From: a virus
Reading direction: 5' to 3' (one strand)
IMG/VR virus record: IMGVR_UViG_3300020577_012950
Coordinates: 36,117-68,116 of that record
DNA length: 32,000 nt
In this document: in pieces, positions 24,062 to 30,385 of the stretch
Numbering within the stretch: the first letter of the stretch is position 1
Layout: every line of letters begins with the position of its first letter
Made by a program: the position numbers and the translations under genes
Notes under the pieces: generated by a model
The model's input: the letters and a program-made list of their open reading frames with translations, nothing else
What the model was told of the DNA's origin: nothing
Databases searched by the model: none

Positions 24062-24193
24062 GACGACAATGACCAGGTACAGCAGGAGAGGGTAAGCCCT
24101 TAAGAGATGCGGTAGCAGAGCCTTCACGAGGCAGGAGGAACCAGGTCATGAACCACGGAGGGTAACGCCCTCCACCGAGAGGTTGTAGCACCA
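24062..24193 (+). other. two ~68-nt imperfect direct repeats, each with a GC-rich hairpin (possible decayed tRNA-like units or structured leader)
   Basis: The units start with ACCAGGT at 24062 and 24130. Hairpins sit at the same offset: aGGGtaagCCCt (24079-24090) and GGAGGGtaacgCCCTCC (24147-24163). GTAGCA recurs at 24102, 24175 and 24200. Confidence 0.4.
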
Positions 24194-24268
24194 GTTCCCG
24201 TAGCACAGAGGACTAATGCGTCGGCCCTAACCAAGCCGAATACGCGGGTTCGAATCCCGCCGGGAGCA
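24194..24268 (+). tRNA. tRNA-like gene with an atypical anticodon arm; the central loop triplet AAC would be Val if read conventionally; no encoded CCA
   Basis: The acceptor is GTTCCCG/CGGGAGC with one G-U pair. The D-arm is GCAc-AGAGGACTA-aTGC. The T-arm is a canonical GCGGG-TTCGAAT-CCCGC. The anticodon stem TCGGC/GCCGA encloses a 9-nt loop CCTAACCAA, or a 7-nt loop CTAACCA closed by a C.A mismatch. Confidence 0.6.
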
Positions 24269-24269
24269 A

Positions 24270-24665
24270 ATGAAAGTCGCCGACATCCCTGAGCACTGGA
24301 CGAAGAAGCTGAAGTTCCACAAAGTGACCCCGCTCTGGCACCAGAGCTTCTACGACGGCCCCTTGGACGGCATCGTCGAGTTTCGAGGCCGAAAGATGTA
24401 CGCCTGTATCGTCGAAGCCGACTTCCGGGAAGCCTGGGCCCTGTACGCGCTCACCGATGAGGAAACCAAACTCATTGAGGCCCAGCATGAGCTGTTTCGG
24501 CAGCATGTCGGCACGCATGCGGATTACGGCAGCCTGGACGAATACCGGGCGCCGGCGTCTGAACATCACCTGTTCTACGACAACAAGCTGCCGAAGGTTG
24601 ACTTCACGGTCTTCGAGGGCCGTGAGATTGCCGGCTGGTGCCGCAACCCCTTCTGGAGTAGCTGA
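24270..24665 (+). CDS. hypothetical protein (131 aa)
   Basis: The ATG lies 2 nt after the tRNA discriminator base. The ORF reads MKVADIPEHWTKKLKFHKVTPLWHQSFYDGPLDGIVEFRGRKMYACIVEADF... No family recognised. Confidence 0.7.
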   Translation: MKVADIPEHWTKKLKFHKVTPLWHQSFYDGPLDGIVEFRGRKMYACIVEADFREAWALYALTDEETKLIEAQHELFRQHVGTHADYGSLDEYRAPASEHHLFYDNKLPKVDFTVFEGREIAGWCRNPFWSS

Positions 24666-25036
24666 TGCTGACACGAGATGACATCCTGCAGCTGAAAGTC
24701 GGAGACCTGGTCCAGGACACGGACGACGTCATCTGGACGAAGGACTACAAGTGCCTGGGTCTGAAACCTGACCCGACCTGGAACGAACCGGTAACGGTGG
24801 CAACGACGACTGTCCTCGGGACAGACCTCAGGCCCACGATTGCGGCAATCGTCGACAACCGTGGAGAGCATCGGCTCCTGACTGAGGGCTGCCACTACTA
24901 CCGACTCCTCGAAGGCATCTGCGCCAAGTGTGGAGGCTACATCGAGAAGGGCGACGAGCACCTGTCTCTGCCACCTGGTTCACTTCGTAAGTGCGCGGTT
25001 CTGGCAAACCTGACCAAGTATGAGGAGCGGAAATGA
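24665..25036 (+). CDS. hypothetical protein (123 aa)
   Basis: The ORF reads MLTRDDILQLKVGDLVQDTDDVIWTKDYKCLGLKPDPTWNEP...CAKCGGYIEKGDEH. Its start overlaps the upstream stop. Confidence 0.65.
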   Translation: MLTRDDILQLKVGDLVQDTDDVIWTKDYKCLGLKPDPTWNEPVTVATTTVLGTDLRPTIAAIVDNRGEHRLLTEGCHYYRLLEGICAKCGGYIEKGDEHLSLPPGSLRKCAVLANLTKYEERK

Positions 25037-25179
25037 CCGACCTTGAGGCTTTGGAGCTTCGAATCAAAGAGCTGGAGCTGTCCATGGCGGCCTTACAGAC
25101 CGCCTTTGAATCCTTCAAAAGGGACTCCATGACCGCTTTCTACCGAAACCCGGCCCCCAGGATCGACAAGAAGAAATGA
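25033..25179 (+). CDS. small coiled-coil peptide (48 aa), below the ORF-track size cutoff
   Basis: ATG 25033 overlaps the upstream TGA (ATGA). A GAGGAG SD lies at 25022-25027. The ORF reads MTDLEALELRIKELELSMAALQTAFESFKRDSMTAFYRNPAPRIDKKK. It is the last gene before the terminator. Confidence 0.5.
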   Translation: MTDLEALELRIKELELSMAALQTAFESFKRDSMTAFYRNPAPRIDKKK

Positions 25180-25212
25180 CCTGCCGGCGGTCCTGAAAGA
25201 ACCAACAACTTT

Positions 25213-25250
25213 GGCCGTATCACCAGACTTCTTGGTGATACGGCCTTTCT
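25213..25250 (+). terminator. rho-independent terminator between convergent transcription units
   Basis: A perfect 13-bp stem GGCCGTATCACCA (25213-25225) / TGGTGATACGGCC (25233-25245) has a 7-nt loop and is followed by TTTCTGCGTT. It sits between stops at 25179 (+) and 25257 (-). Confidence 0.8.
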
Positions 25251-25256
25251 GCGTTC

Positions 25257-25709
25257 CTACTGGCCCTGGGTGGCAGGAGCCTGGTACGGGGCCGGGTCAG
25301 CTCGGAACTTCCAGTAGCCATGAGTCACCCAGGACTCACCGAGAGACTCGCCATTGAACGAGGTGATGGCCGGCGGCGGCAGGTCGCCAATAATCAGGGC
25401 TCGCTGGTCGGCACGGGTCTTCTCAATGACCTGCTTCCGGGAGCCGGTGCGGACCTCACGGCCGTAGAAGCCCGAAAACCCAATCAGTTCCCCGTACGCC
25501 ACCACCCGCTGAATGTGGATGCGGTTCCGGGACTCGGCACGAATCGAGTAGAGGCGTGTCGCGTCCTTCTTCAGGGCCAGGAGTTGCTTCGACTCCTCCC
25601 AGGAGATGAAGTGTCCGGTGGCTCTCATCTGAGCCTTCAAGGCGATGATTTTCTCTTCCAGGGCGAGGCGTTCTTCGTTCCAGAGTTCGACGTTCAAGCG
25701 GGTTTGCAT
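25257..25709 (-). CDS. hypothetical protein (150 aa)
   Basis: The ORF reads MQTRLNVELWNEERLALEEKIIALKAQMRATGHFISWEESKQLLALKKD... An AGGAG SD is present. No family recognised. Confidence 0.7.
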   Translation of the reverse strand: MQTRLNVELWNEERLALEEKIIALKAQMRATGHFISWEESKQLLALKKDATRLYSIRAESRNRIHIQRVVAYGELIGFSGFYGREVRTGSRKQVIEKTRADQRALIIGDLPPPAITSFNGESLGESWVTHGYWKFRADPAPYQAPATQGQ

Positions 25710-25719
25710 AGTGGTGCTC

Positions 25720-26028
25720 CTAGGCTGCGAGTTTGTACTGCGACAGGTACTTCCGGATCAGTCTACTACGGGGTTGGGGCGGCAGTCCAATGGCCATCAG
25801 CGCTCCCAGGTACGGGGCGTCGAGTTCTCGGATTGAGGTGTGGGGAATCCCGGCTTGCTGCAGACGCGACTCCAGCTTCAGGAGAGCGGCCTCATCAGCT
25901 GCTTCCAGGGCTATGGCGTGAGTTTCGGGCGGGAGGTTGCCTGGCGAGGACTCGCCGGCGGCATGAATCAGCTGGGCCAGCTTTGCTCCCAATGGGAGGT
26001 CGGCCCTGATGATGCAGTAGTGGTACAA
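25720..26028 (-). CDS. PTH2-like peptidyl-tRNA hydrolase fold protein (102 aa), TTG start
   Basis: YHYCIIRADLPLGAKLAQLIHAAGES, ...ALEAADEAALLKLESRLQQAGIPHTSIRELD...GALMAIGLPP... and the C-terminal ...YLSQYKLAA are collinear with the PTH2 pattern (vvR.DL..GK.aAQ..HA ... e.eL..l...a...g ... t.laiGP ... LkL). Confidence 0.5.
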   Translation of the reverse strand: MYHYCIIRADLPLGAKLAQLIHAAGESSPGNLPPETHAIALEAADEAALLKLESRLQQAGIPHTSIRELDAPYLGALMAIGLPPQPRSRLIRKYLSQYKLAA

Positions 26029-26206
26029 CGGCGAAAGCGGCTGAGCCTCGACGCACCCCGGTGGGGGAATTGTGGAGGAAGCAGCCGCTTCGACAGTTGG
26101 TGAATGCTGGGTGGCAAGCGGCGCGACGCCGCTGCGGTCAACCGGAGATCTTCATGGCGTTCATCCTTTTCTGCTGGGGGTGGCGCATGTACTCGAACTA
26201 CCCAAA

Positions 26207-26221
26207 CCGGCATTCTGCCGG
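26207..26221 (-). terminator. possible weak terminator hairpin after the 26269 gene
   Basis: The hairpin is CCGGCA-ttc-TGCCGG. On the minus strand it is followed only by TTTGGG. It lies 48 nt downstream of the stop, and the U-tract is short. Confidence 0.3.
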
Positions 26222-26268
26222 GCACTGCGGGAGTCCCAATGTTACCACACCCAGAAGAAGGCCGTCAA

Positions 26269-26610
26269 CTACAGCTTGACGGTGGAGCCAGCCGGAGCCG
26301 TGAAGCTGCGGAGGACCACGTAGATGTTGCCAATCACAGCCGCCTGACCGAGGTCGCCGGCAACGGTGATGGTGATGAGGTCGGCAGAGCCGGCGGTGGC
26401 CGGAATCATGAGGACACGGTCGCCAACAGCCAAGGACGCGAAGTCCGTGGTCTGCGAGACGGCAGTGGCAACGATTGCACCAGCGACCACCTTTGCGGAG
26501 GCAGCCACAAAAGCGGTGTGGTTGTCGATGGCATCCACGAGTTCACGGGCCAGGGCCTGGTCGGTGACGGCGTGCATGAGGCGTTTGACGAGATTTTCAG
26601 AAAGAGCCAT
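26269..26610 (-). CDS. hypothetical protein (113 aa), apparently monocistronic
   Basis: The ORF reads MALSENLVKRLMHAVTDQALARELVDAIDNHTAFVAASAKVVAGAIVATAVSQ... It has its own YAATCTT element, a GGGAG SD and a downstream hairpin. Confidence 0.65.
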   Translation of the reverse strand: MALSENLVKRLMHAVTDQALARELVDAIDNHTAFVAASAKVVAGAIVATAVSQTTDFASLAVGDRVLMIPATAGSADLITITVAGDLGQAAVIGNIYVVLRSFTAPAGSTVKL

Positions 26611-26643
26611 GGTGTTCTCCCGAGAGGGTTGGGTTCAGGTCTA

Positions 26644-26650
26644 AAGATTA
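26644..26650 (-). promoter_or_regulatory. YAATCTT element upstream of the 26610 gene
   Basis: Minus strand reads tcggcaccTAATCTTtagacctgaacccaaccctctcGGGAGaacaccATG. The 11-mer CACCTAATCTT is identical to the one at the sheath gene. Confidence 0.4.
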
Positions 26651-26659
26651 GGTGCCGAC

Positions 26660-26690
26660 TTGACACAGTGGGGCGTTTGTGAGATGTAAT
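26660..26690 (+). promoter_or_regulatory. sigma70-like promoter with a conventional leader for the 26714 gene
   Basis: Plus strand reads TTGACA (26660-26665), 19 nt, TGTAAT (26685-26690). A leader of about 17 nt containing AGGAG precedes ATG 26714. Confidence 0.4.
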
Positions 26691-26713
26691 GTGCCCCTAC
26701 TCAGGAGCACACA

Positions 26714-26953
26714 ATGGCAGACGTCGAACCTGCATTCCCGCAATTCCTGGCTGTTGGCGACCGGGTCGTGACGACGGCACGAATTGTGGAAACCGGTTCG
26801 CCGGAGTTTCAGAACCATGTCCATGCCGAAGTTGGGGAGCTGGGGACCTGCGTCCACGCCCAGGAAGGCTACCTGCCGACGGTGCGCTTCGACCGGACCA
26901 AGACGGCGACCATCGTCTTCGAGATGGAAGTCGAGAAGGTGGTCCTACACTGA
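26714..26953 (+). CDS. hypothetical small beta-rich protein (79 aa)
   Basis: The ORF reads MADVEPAFPQFLAVGDRVVTTARIVETGSPEFQNHVHAEVGELGTCVHAQEGYLPTVRFD... It has a faint NifZ/SH3-like look, which I do not assert. Its 3' end overlaps the convergent endolysin gene by 9 nt. Confidence 0.6.
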   Translation: MADVEPAFPQFLAVGDRVVTTARIVETGSPEFQNHVHAEVGELGTCVHAQEGYLPTVRFDRTKTATIVFEMEVEKVVLH

Positions 26954-27508
26954 CTGAACGCCCCACTGGGCTCGGCGTAGCCAGTTCGACTTGAACTTGG
27001 CCAGGCTCGGGGTCCGGGCGATGATGCGCAGATAGTAGGCTTCCATCTCACCGGCAAAGGCCCGGACGAAGTCTTCGGCGGGCAAGGCGTTGATGGCGTC
27101 GAAGCTCTTCGGCCCAAGCCTGCCGTCAACGGTCAGGTCAGCGCCGAGGCTGTTGGCGGCATTCTGGGCGAAAGTTGCGGACCGACTCGGGCCCATGTTG
27201 ACTGCAGCGTCCATCATCTTCGTGGCTGCAACCTGGTCGATGACGTTCTGGTAGCCGTACTGGTTCCAGAAGAAGCGCCGGTACAGGCTCTCGCAGGTCT
27301 GCTTGGAGACGAGCTTCAGGCAGCCGGGGTAGAAGTTCCGGGTCTGCAGGCCGAGGTCATTCGGGGTGAGGCCGAGGCGCTTGATGGTCAGCATGGACCA
27401 GCCCCACTGCGTCTCACCGCCTGGGTCGGCCGGGTCATTCACCCAACTGAGCTTGTCCGTGCCCTCGTGGGACATGATGACGGGAATGGCTGCTTCGAAG
27501 CTGGACAT
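26945..27508 (-). CDS. endolysin: glycoside hydrolase family 108 domain plus PG_binding_3-type domain (187 aa)
   Basis: The N-terminus FEAAIPVIMSHEGTDKLSWVNDPADPGGETQWGWS matches the GH108 signature (vl..EGG.y..dp.DpGG.T.yGI). LTVDGRLGPKSFDAINAL matches the peptidoglycan-binding module. Confidence 0.8.
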   Translation of the reverse strand: MSSFEAAIPVIMSHEGTDKLSWVNDPADPGGETQWGWSMLTIKRLGLTPNDLGLQTRNFYPGCLKLVSKQTCESLYRRFFWNQYGYQNVIDQVAATKMMDAAVNMGPSRSATFAQNAANSLGADLTVDGRLGPKSFDAINALPAEDFVRAFAGEMEAYYLRIIARTPSLAKFKSNWLRRAQWGVQSV

Positions 27509-27510
27509 GA

Positions 27511-27915
27511 CTACTCCTTCTCGTGCTCGTCACCTTGCAGAAGGAACCCGTCGGCTCGGTGCGGCTTGAACTTGTAGAACTTCTCCTGCTTGTCGGCCAG
27601 ACTCTGGATCTCATGGGGGACAGCGTCCATGGGGTTCAGCCCCAGTGCCTTCATGTGCAGCTGGTAGAGCAGGCCGTGCTTGTGGCCTTCCTCACGGCTG
27701 CCGGCAGCTTCACTTGCCTTCAGACCCTGGAGGTGGTAGGCGGCGGCTTCCCTGTGCTTGTCCTGCTTGTACTCGTGATGGGCGCGGTGCTCTGCGTCGT
27801 CGCGAGTCATGCGGTGCTTGAATTCAAAGATGGCGGCTCGACTGTCGAGGTCGTGGGCGTCCTCGTCTTTGGCGATTTTTCGCTTGTTCCACTGCGGGAA
27901 GTTGAGCTTAGGCAT
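27511..27915 (-). CDS. hypothetical His/Lys/Glu-rich protein (134 aa)
   Basis: Start is at ATG 27915 (MPKLNFPQWNKRKIAKDEDAHDLD), overlapping the upstream gene end by 8 nt. The track's 56-codon extension is Ser/Arg/Pro junk. Confidence 0.65.
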   Translation of the reverse strand: MPKLNFPQWNKRKIAKDEDAHDLDSRAAIFEFKHRMTRDDAEHRAHHEYKQDKHREAAAYHLQGLKASEAAGSREEGHKHGLLYQLHMKALGLNPMDAVPHEIQSLADKQEKFYKFKPHRADGFLLQGDEHEKE

Positions 27916-29107
27916 TTGAACTCCGGAAGGCCTTGAAGAGAGCCCGAATGGACTCCTGGTCGATTCCCGACTTGAAGCTGAGCACGTAGCCATCACCGTA
28001 GGCGGTGGTGGAGATGTTCTTCGACAGGTCCGAGAAGCAGATGCAGCCCTTGAATCTGTTGTTGGCGAACTGCTGGCCCCCACACATGGAGCAGGGGCGA
28101 GCTGCAGCGGACTTGCTGATGCTGAGGCTGGGCGTCTTCGTGGTCTTCTTGTTGTTGGCCGGCTGCTTCATCGGAGGTACCGGAGCCATTGGCCCCTGCT
28201 GTTGCGTCGGTTGGTGGGTGCGGCCTGGAGCTTCGACTTTCTCCAGGTGGATGCGTCGACCTCCACTGGCCGACTCAGCGAACTTGTACATGGCGGTGGC
28301 GATGCCCTGGCGGCGATACTGAGGGTCAACCTGAACCTTGCCGGGGACCAGCTTGTCGCCGTGATGCTCAAAGTCAGCGCTGCCAACCAGCTCCTTGCCG
28401 CGTCGAGCCTCGACGCTGGTTCCGAAGACTCCACCGGGTCGAGCCTGCTGGGAGCCAGTCAGCTCAACCTCGGCCTTGAGAGTTGCGTCTCCAGGCACGA
28501 AGATGCCCCGGTACTTGGCCTGGTGCCAGTCCGCAATGGGCTGAGCGTCTTTGAGGCTGGCGATGCCGGGCTGTACGACACTGCCGGTCCGGGTGTGGAT
28601 GACTGAGTAGGGGCGGTCGTGGCCACCGTTGTGCTCGATGTGGTAGCCGCCGTGAGTAGTCATCCGAGTCGGCTTAAGGGCGTTCGGGGACTTCAACTCC
28701 TTCATCAGGACCCTGGCTTTGGTGAGCGTGTCGATGCTCTTGCCGAGCTTCACCAGAACTGTGTCACGGACGCTGGGGTCAACGTCTGTTGGCTCAAGCC
28801 CCAGGGCGGTAGCAATGCCGGCCGCCAGGTGGTAGACGCTGGAGTTCTGGAAACTGTAGACGCCCTGCTCCAGGCTGATGGCGCCGCTGAAGCCGGCTTC
28901 AGTCTTCTGGAACTGGACGTAGCTGTTCTCAATGCCGGGAATCTCACCCTCGTAGTCGTACTCGGTGGTGAAGTTCAACCAGCCGACGATTGTCCGTGGA
29001 ATCAGGATGCTGGACAGCTGTGGCTCACGGTCGACAGCTTTCCGGAGCGCGGCTGCACCATCAGGTCCAAGTGCTGCGGCAAGGAATTTGTGGCCAAGGT
29101 CGGACAT
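27908..29107 (-). CDS. hypothetical protein (399 aa) with a GNAT motif-A-like segment and a C-terminal Cys cluster
   Basis: Start is at ATG 29107 (MSDLGHKF), with GGAG 6 nt upstream. KVQVDPQYRRQGIATAMYKFAE resembles acetyl-CoA-binding motif A (Q/R-x-x-G-x-G/A). CSMCGG...CIC lies near the C-terminus. Confidence 0.65.
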   Translation of the reverse strand: MSDLGHKFLAAALGPDGAAALRKAVDREPQLSSILIPRTIVGWLNFTTEYDYEGEIPGIENSYVQFQKTEAGFSGAISLEQGVYSFQNSSVYHLAAGIATALGLEPTDVDPSVRDTVLVKLGKSIDTLTKARVLMKELKSPNALKPTRMTTHGGYHIEHNGGHDRPYSVIHTRTGSVVQPGIASLKDAQPIADWHQAKYRGIFVPGDATLKAEVELTGSQQARPGGVFGTSVEARRGKELVGSADFEHHGDKLVPGKVQVDPQYRRQGIATAMYKFAESASGGRRIHLEKVEAPGRTHQPTQQQGPMAPVPPMKQPANNKKTTKTPSLSISKSAAARPCSMCGGQQFANNRFKGCICFSDLSKNISTTAYGDGYVLSFKSGIDQESIRALFKAFRSSNA

Positions 29108-29122
29108 CGTGTCTCCGCAGGG

Positions 29123-29129
29123 AAGATTG
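29123..29129 (-). promoter_or_regulatory. YAATCTT element (internal promoter candidate) upstream of ATG 29107
   Basis: Minus strand reads TAAcgaCAATCTTccctgcGGAGacacgATG. It lies immediately after the upstream TAA. Confidence 0.35.
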
Positions 29130-29132
29130 TCG

Positions 29133-30005
29133 TTACCGAGGCCCAAAGCCGCCGTCTTCCGGGGCATGCTGCTGCCGGGGGCTGCCGGCCTTGCTGGTGC
29201 TGGTCCGGGGGTCGAGAGCCAGGTCGTCGTTGGACTCGTTCAGGAAGAGGTATTCGCGGTTCAGCAAGCACTGCTGCTGCATCCGGACCAGCTTCCGTTC
29301 CCCAGTCATCTGGTTGTCCTGCTGGGAGACGCGAATCTCGTGCATCATCCTGGCGCAGTACCAGAAGGGGCGGTACCGGAAGCGGATGCTGTAGATGACG
29401 CCACGTCCCGTCTCAACGTCCTCACCGGGTCGACGTCCGCCTGGCTTCCATCGAATCTGGCCGGCTTCAATCTCGAAGTCCTGGCACTGCTCGTAGCTCT
29501 CACCGCGAGCATCGACGAGGCGTTCCACCTCAACGGCGGGGAAGGAGAGCTTGTCAAGACCTGAGGGGTTCGACTTCACCAGCTGCCAGGTGCTGACAGT
29601 GATGTCCTCTTCGTCCAGGTAGAAGCGGTCGAAGGGAGCCATGTAGAAGGGCTTCGGCGGGACGCAGGGGTCGTCGTACTGGCGGGGAAAGGTGGAGGTG
29701 AAGCTGGCGCCGTCGACGAAGCCGATGTCGCGGAGGCTCGGGTTGTTGCCGTTACCAATCAGCAGGGCCGTCACAGAGCCAGCCCTCTCGTAGAGGAAGC
29801 CGTTGCTGCAGCCGCTGTGGTCCGGGTGGGGGCGACGGTTGTCGCCGATGTCCGTCATGCCGACGGGGCAGCGAATGGCCCTGAAGTGAATGAGGCGGAC
29901 GCCCTGGTTCCGAATCGCATCGTCAAAGGCTTCAACGTCAAAGCCGATGGCGACCGTCGGCAGGTCCGTGATGTAGTGGTCGACCGGTTTCCTACCGCTG
30001 GCCAT
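29133..30005 (-). CDS. hypothetical protein (290 aa), possibly structural
   Basis: The ORF reads MASGRKPVDHYITDLPTVAIGFDVEAFDDAIRNQGVRLIHFRAIRCPVG...DFEIEAGQIRWKPGGRRPGEDVETGRGVIYSIRFRYRPFWYC... No family confidently recognised. Confidence 0.7.
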   Translation of the reverse strand: MASGRKPVDHYITDLPTVAIGFDVEAFDDAIRNQGVRLIHFRAIRCPVGMTDIGDNRRPHPDHSGCSNGFLYERAGSVTALLIGNGNNPSLRDIGFVDGASFTSTFPRQYDDPCVPPKPFYMAPFDRFYLDEEDITVSTWQLVKSNPSGLDKLSFPAVEVERLVDARGESYEQCQDFEIEAGQIRWKPGGRRPGEDVETGRGVIYSIRFRYRPFWYCARMMHEIRVSQQDNQMTGERKLVRMQQQCLLNREYLFLNESNDDLALDPRTSTSKAGSPRQQHAPEDGGFGPR

Positions 30006-30008
30006 CGG

Positions 30009-30320
30009 TTAGCCCTTCTTTGAGAGCTGACGCAGAGCGTCGGTGATTTGCTCGTACTTGGGGAGGACCATGGCGAAAGCTGCCTCATCGACGTGGTCGG
30101 ACTTGCTCATCTCCTGCCAGACGATGTCCGGCTCGTGCTTGTTCGCGATGAAACGCGCCACGGCCCGGTGTGGACCGGTTCCCAGGGCCTCAAAGCTGCC
30201 GGCCTTCTGCATGACCAGGACGTGGAGACCGCCCTTGGTACGGACGTGGAAGATCGGCTTGCCGTGCAAGTTGCCGACCTTCTTGGGTTTTTGGTCCAAC
30301 TGATTCGAATCCAGGTTCAT
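30009..30320 (-). CDS. hypothetical protein (103 aa)
   Basis: The ORF reads MNLDSNQLDQKPKKVGNLHGKPIFHVRTKGGLHVLVMQKAGSFEALG... An AAGGAAG SD is present. It is the first gene of the 30320 -> 26945 unit. Confidence 0.7.
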   Translation of the reverse strand: MNLDSNQLDQKPKKVGNLHGKPIFHVRTKGGLHVLVMQKAGSFEALGTGPHRAVARFIANKHEPDIVWQEMSKSDHVDEAAFAMVLPKYEQITDALRQLSKKG

Positions 30321-30339
30321 TGGGCTTCCTTCTGAAAGA

Positions 30340-30346
30340 AAGATTG
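30340..30346 (-). promoter_or_regulatory. YAATCTT element upstream of the 30320 operon
   Basis: Minus strand reads ggccagCAATCTTtctttcagAAGGAAGcccaATG. Confidence 0.4.
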
Positions 30347-30355
30347 CTGGCCCTG

Positions 30356-30385
30356 TTGACAGGAGGAGATCTGCTCCGGTACAGT
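30356..30385 (+). promoter_or_regulatory. sigma70-like promoter giving a leaderless transcript from ATG 30392
   Basis: Plus strand reads TTGACA (30356-30361), 18 nt, TACAGT (30380-30385), 6 nt (cgcctc), ATG 30392. Confidence 0.45.

Noticed and set aside
24194-24268. Suppressor tRNA / stop-codon reassignment (the loop contains CUA and UAA triplets), tmRNA, or an attP core
   Set aside because: - **Suppressor tRNA:** TAA, TAG and TGA all terminate well-supported genes here (for example 278, 10127, 21376), so no recoding is evident. The triplet centred in the loop and preceded by U is AAC.
- **tmRNA:** the element is tRNA-sized, with the 5' acceptor strand only 75 nt from the 3' end.
- **attP:** no integrase is present in the window, so the attP idea cannot be supported.
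26714-26953. NifZ-like annotation for the 79-aa protein
   Set aside because: The resemblance is only a loose pattern (F..GD.V ... G..G.V ... Y.V.F). This is not enough to assert without a profile search.
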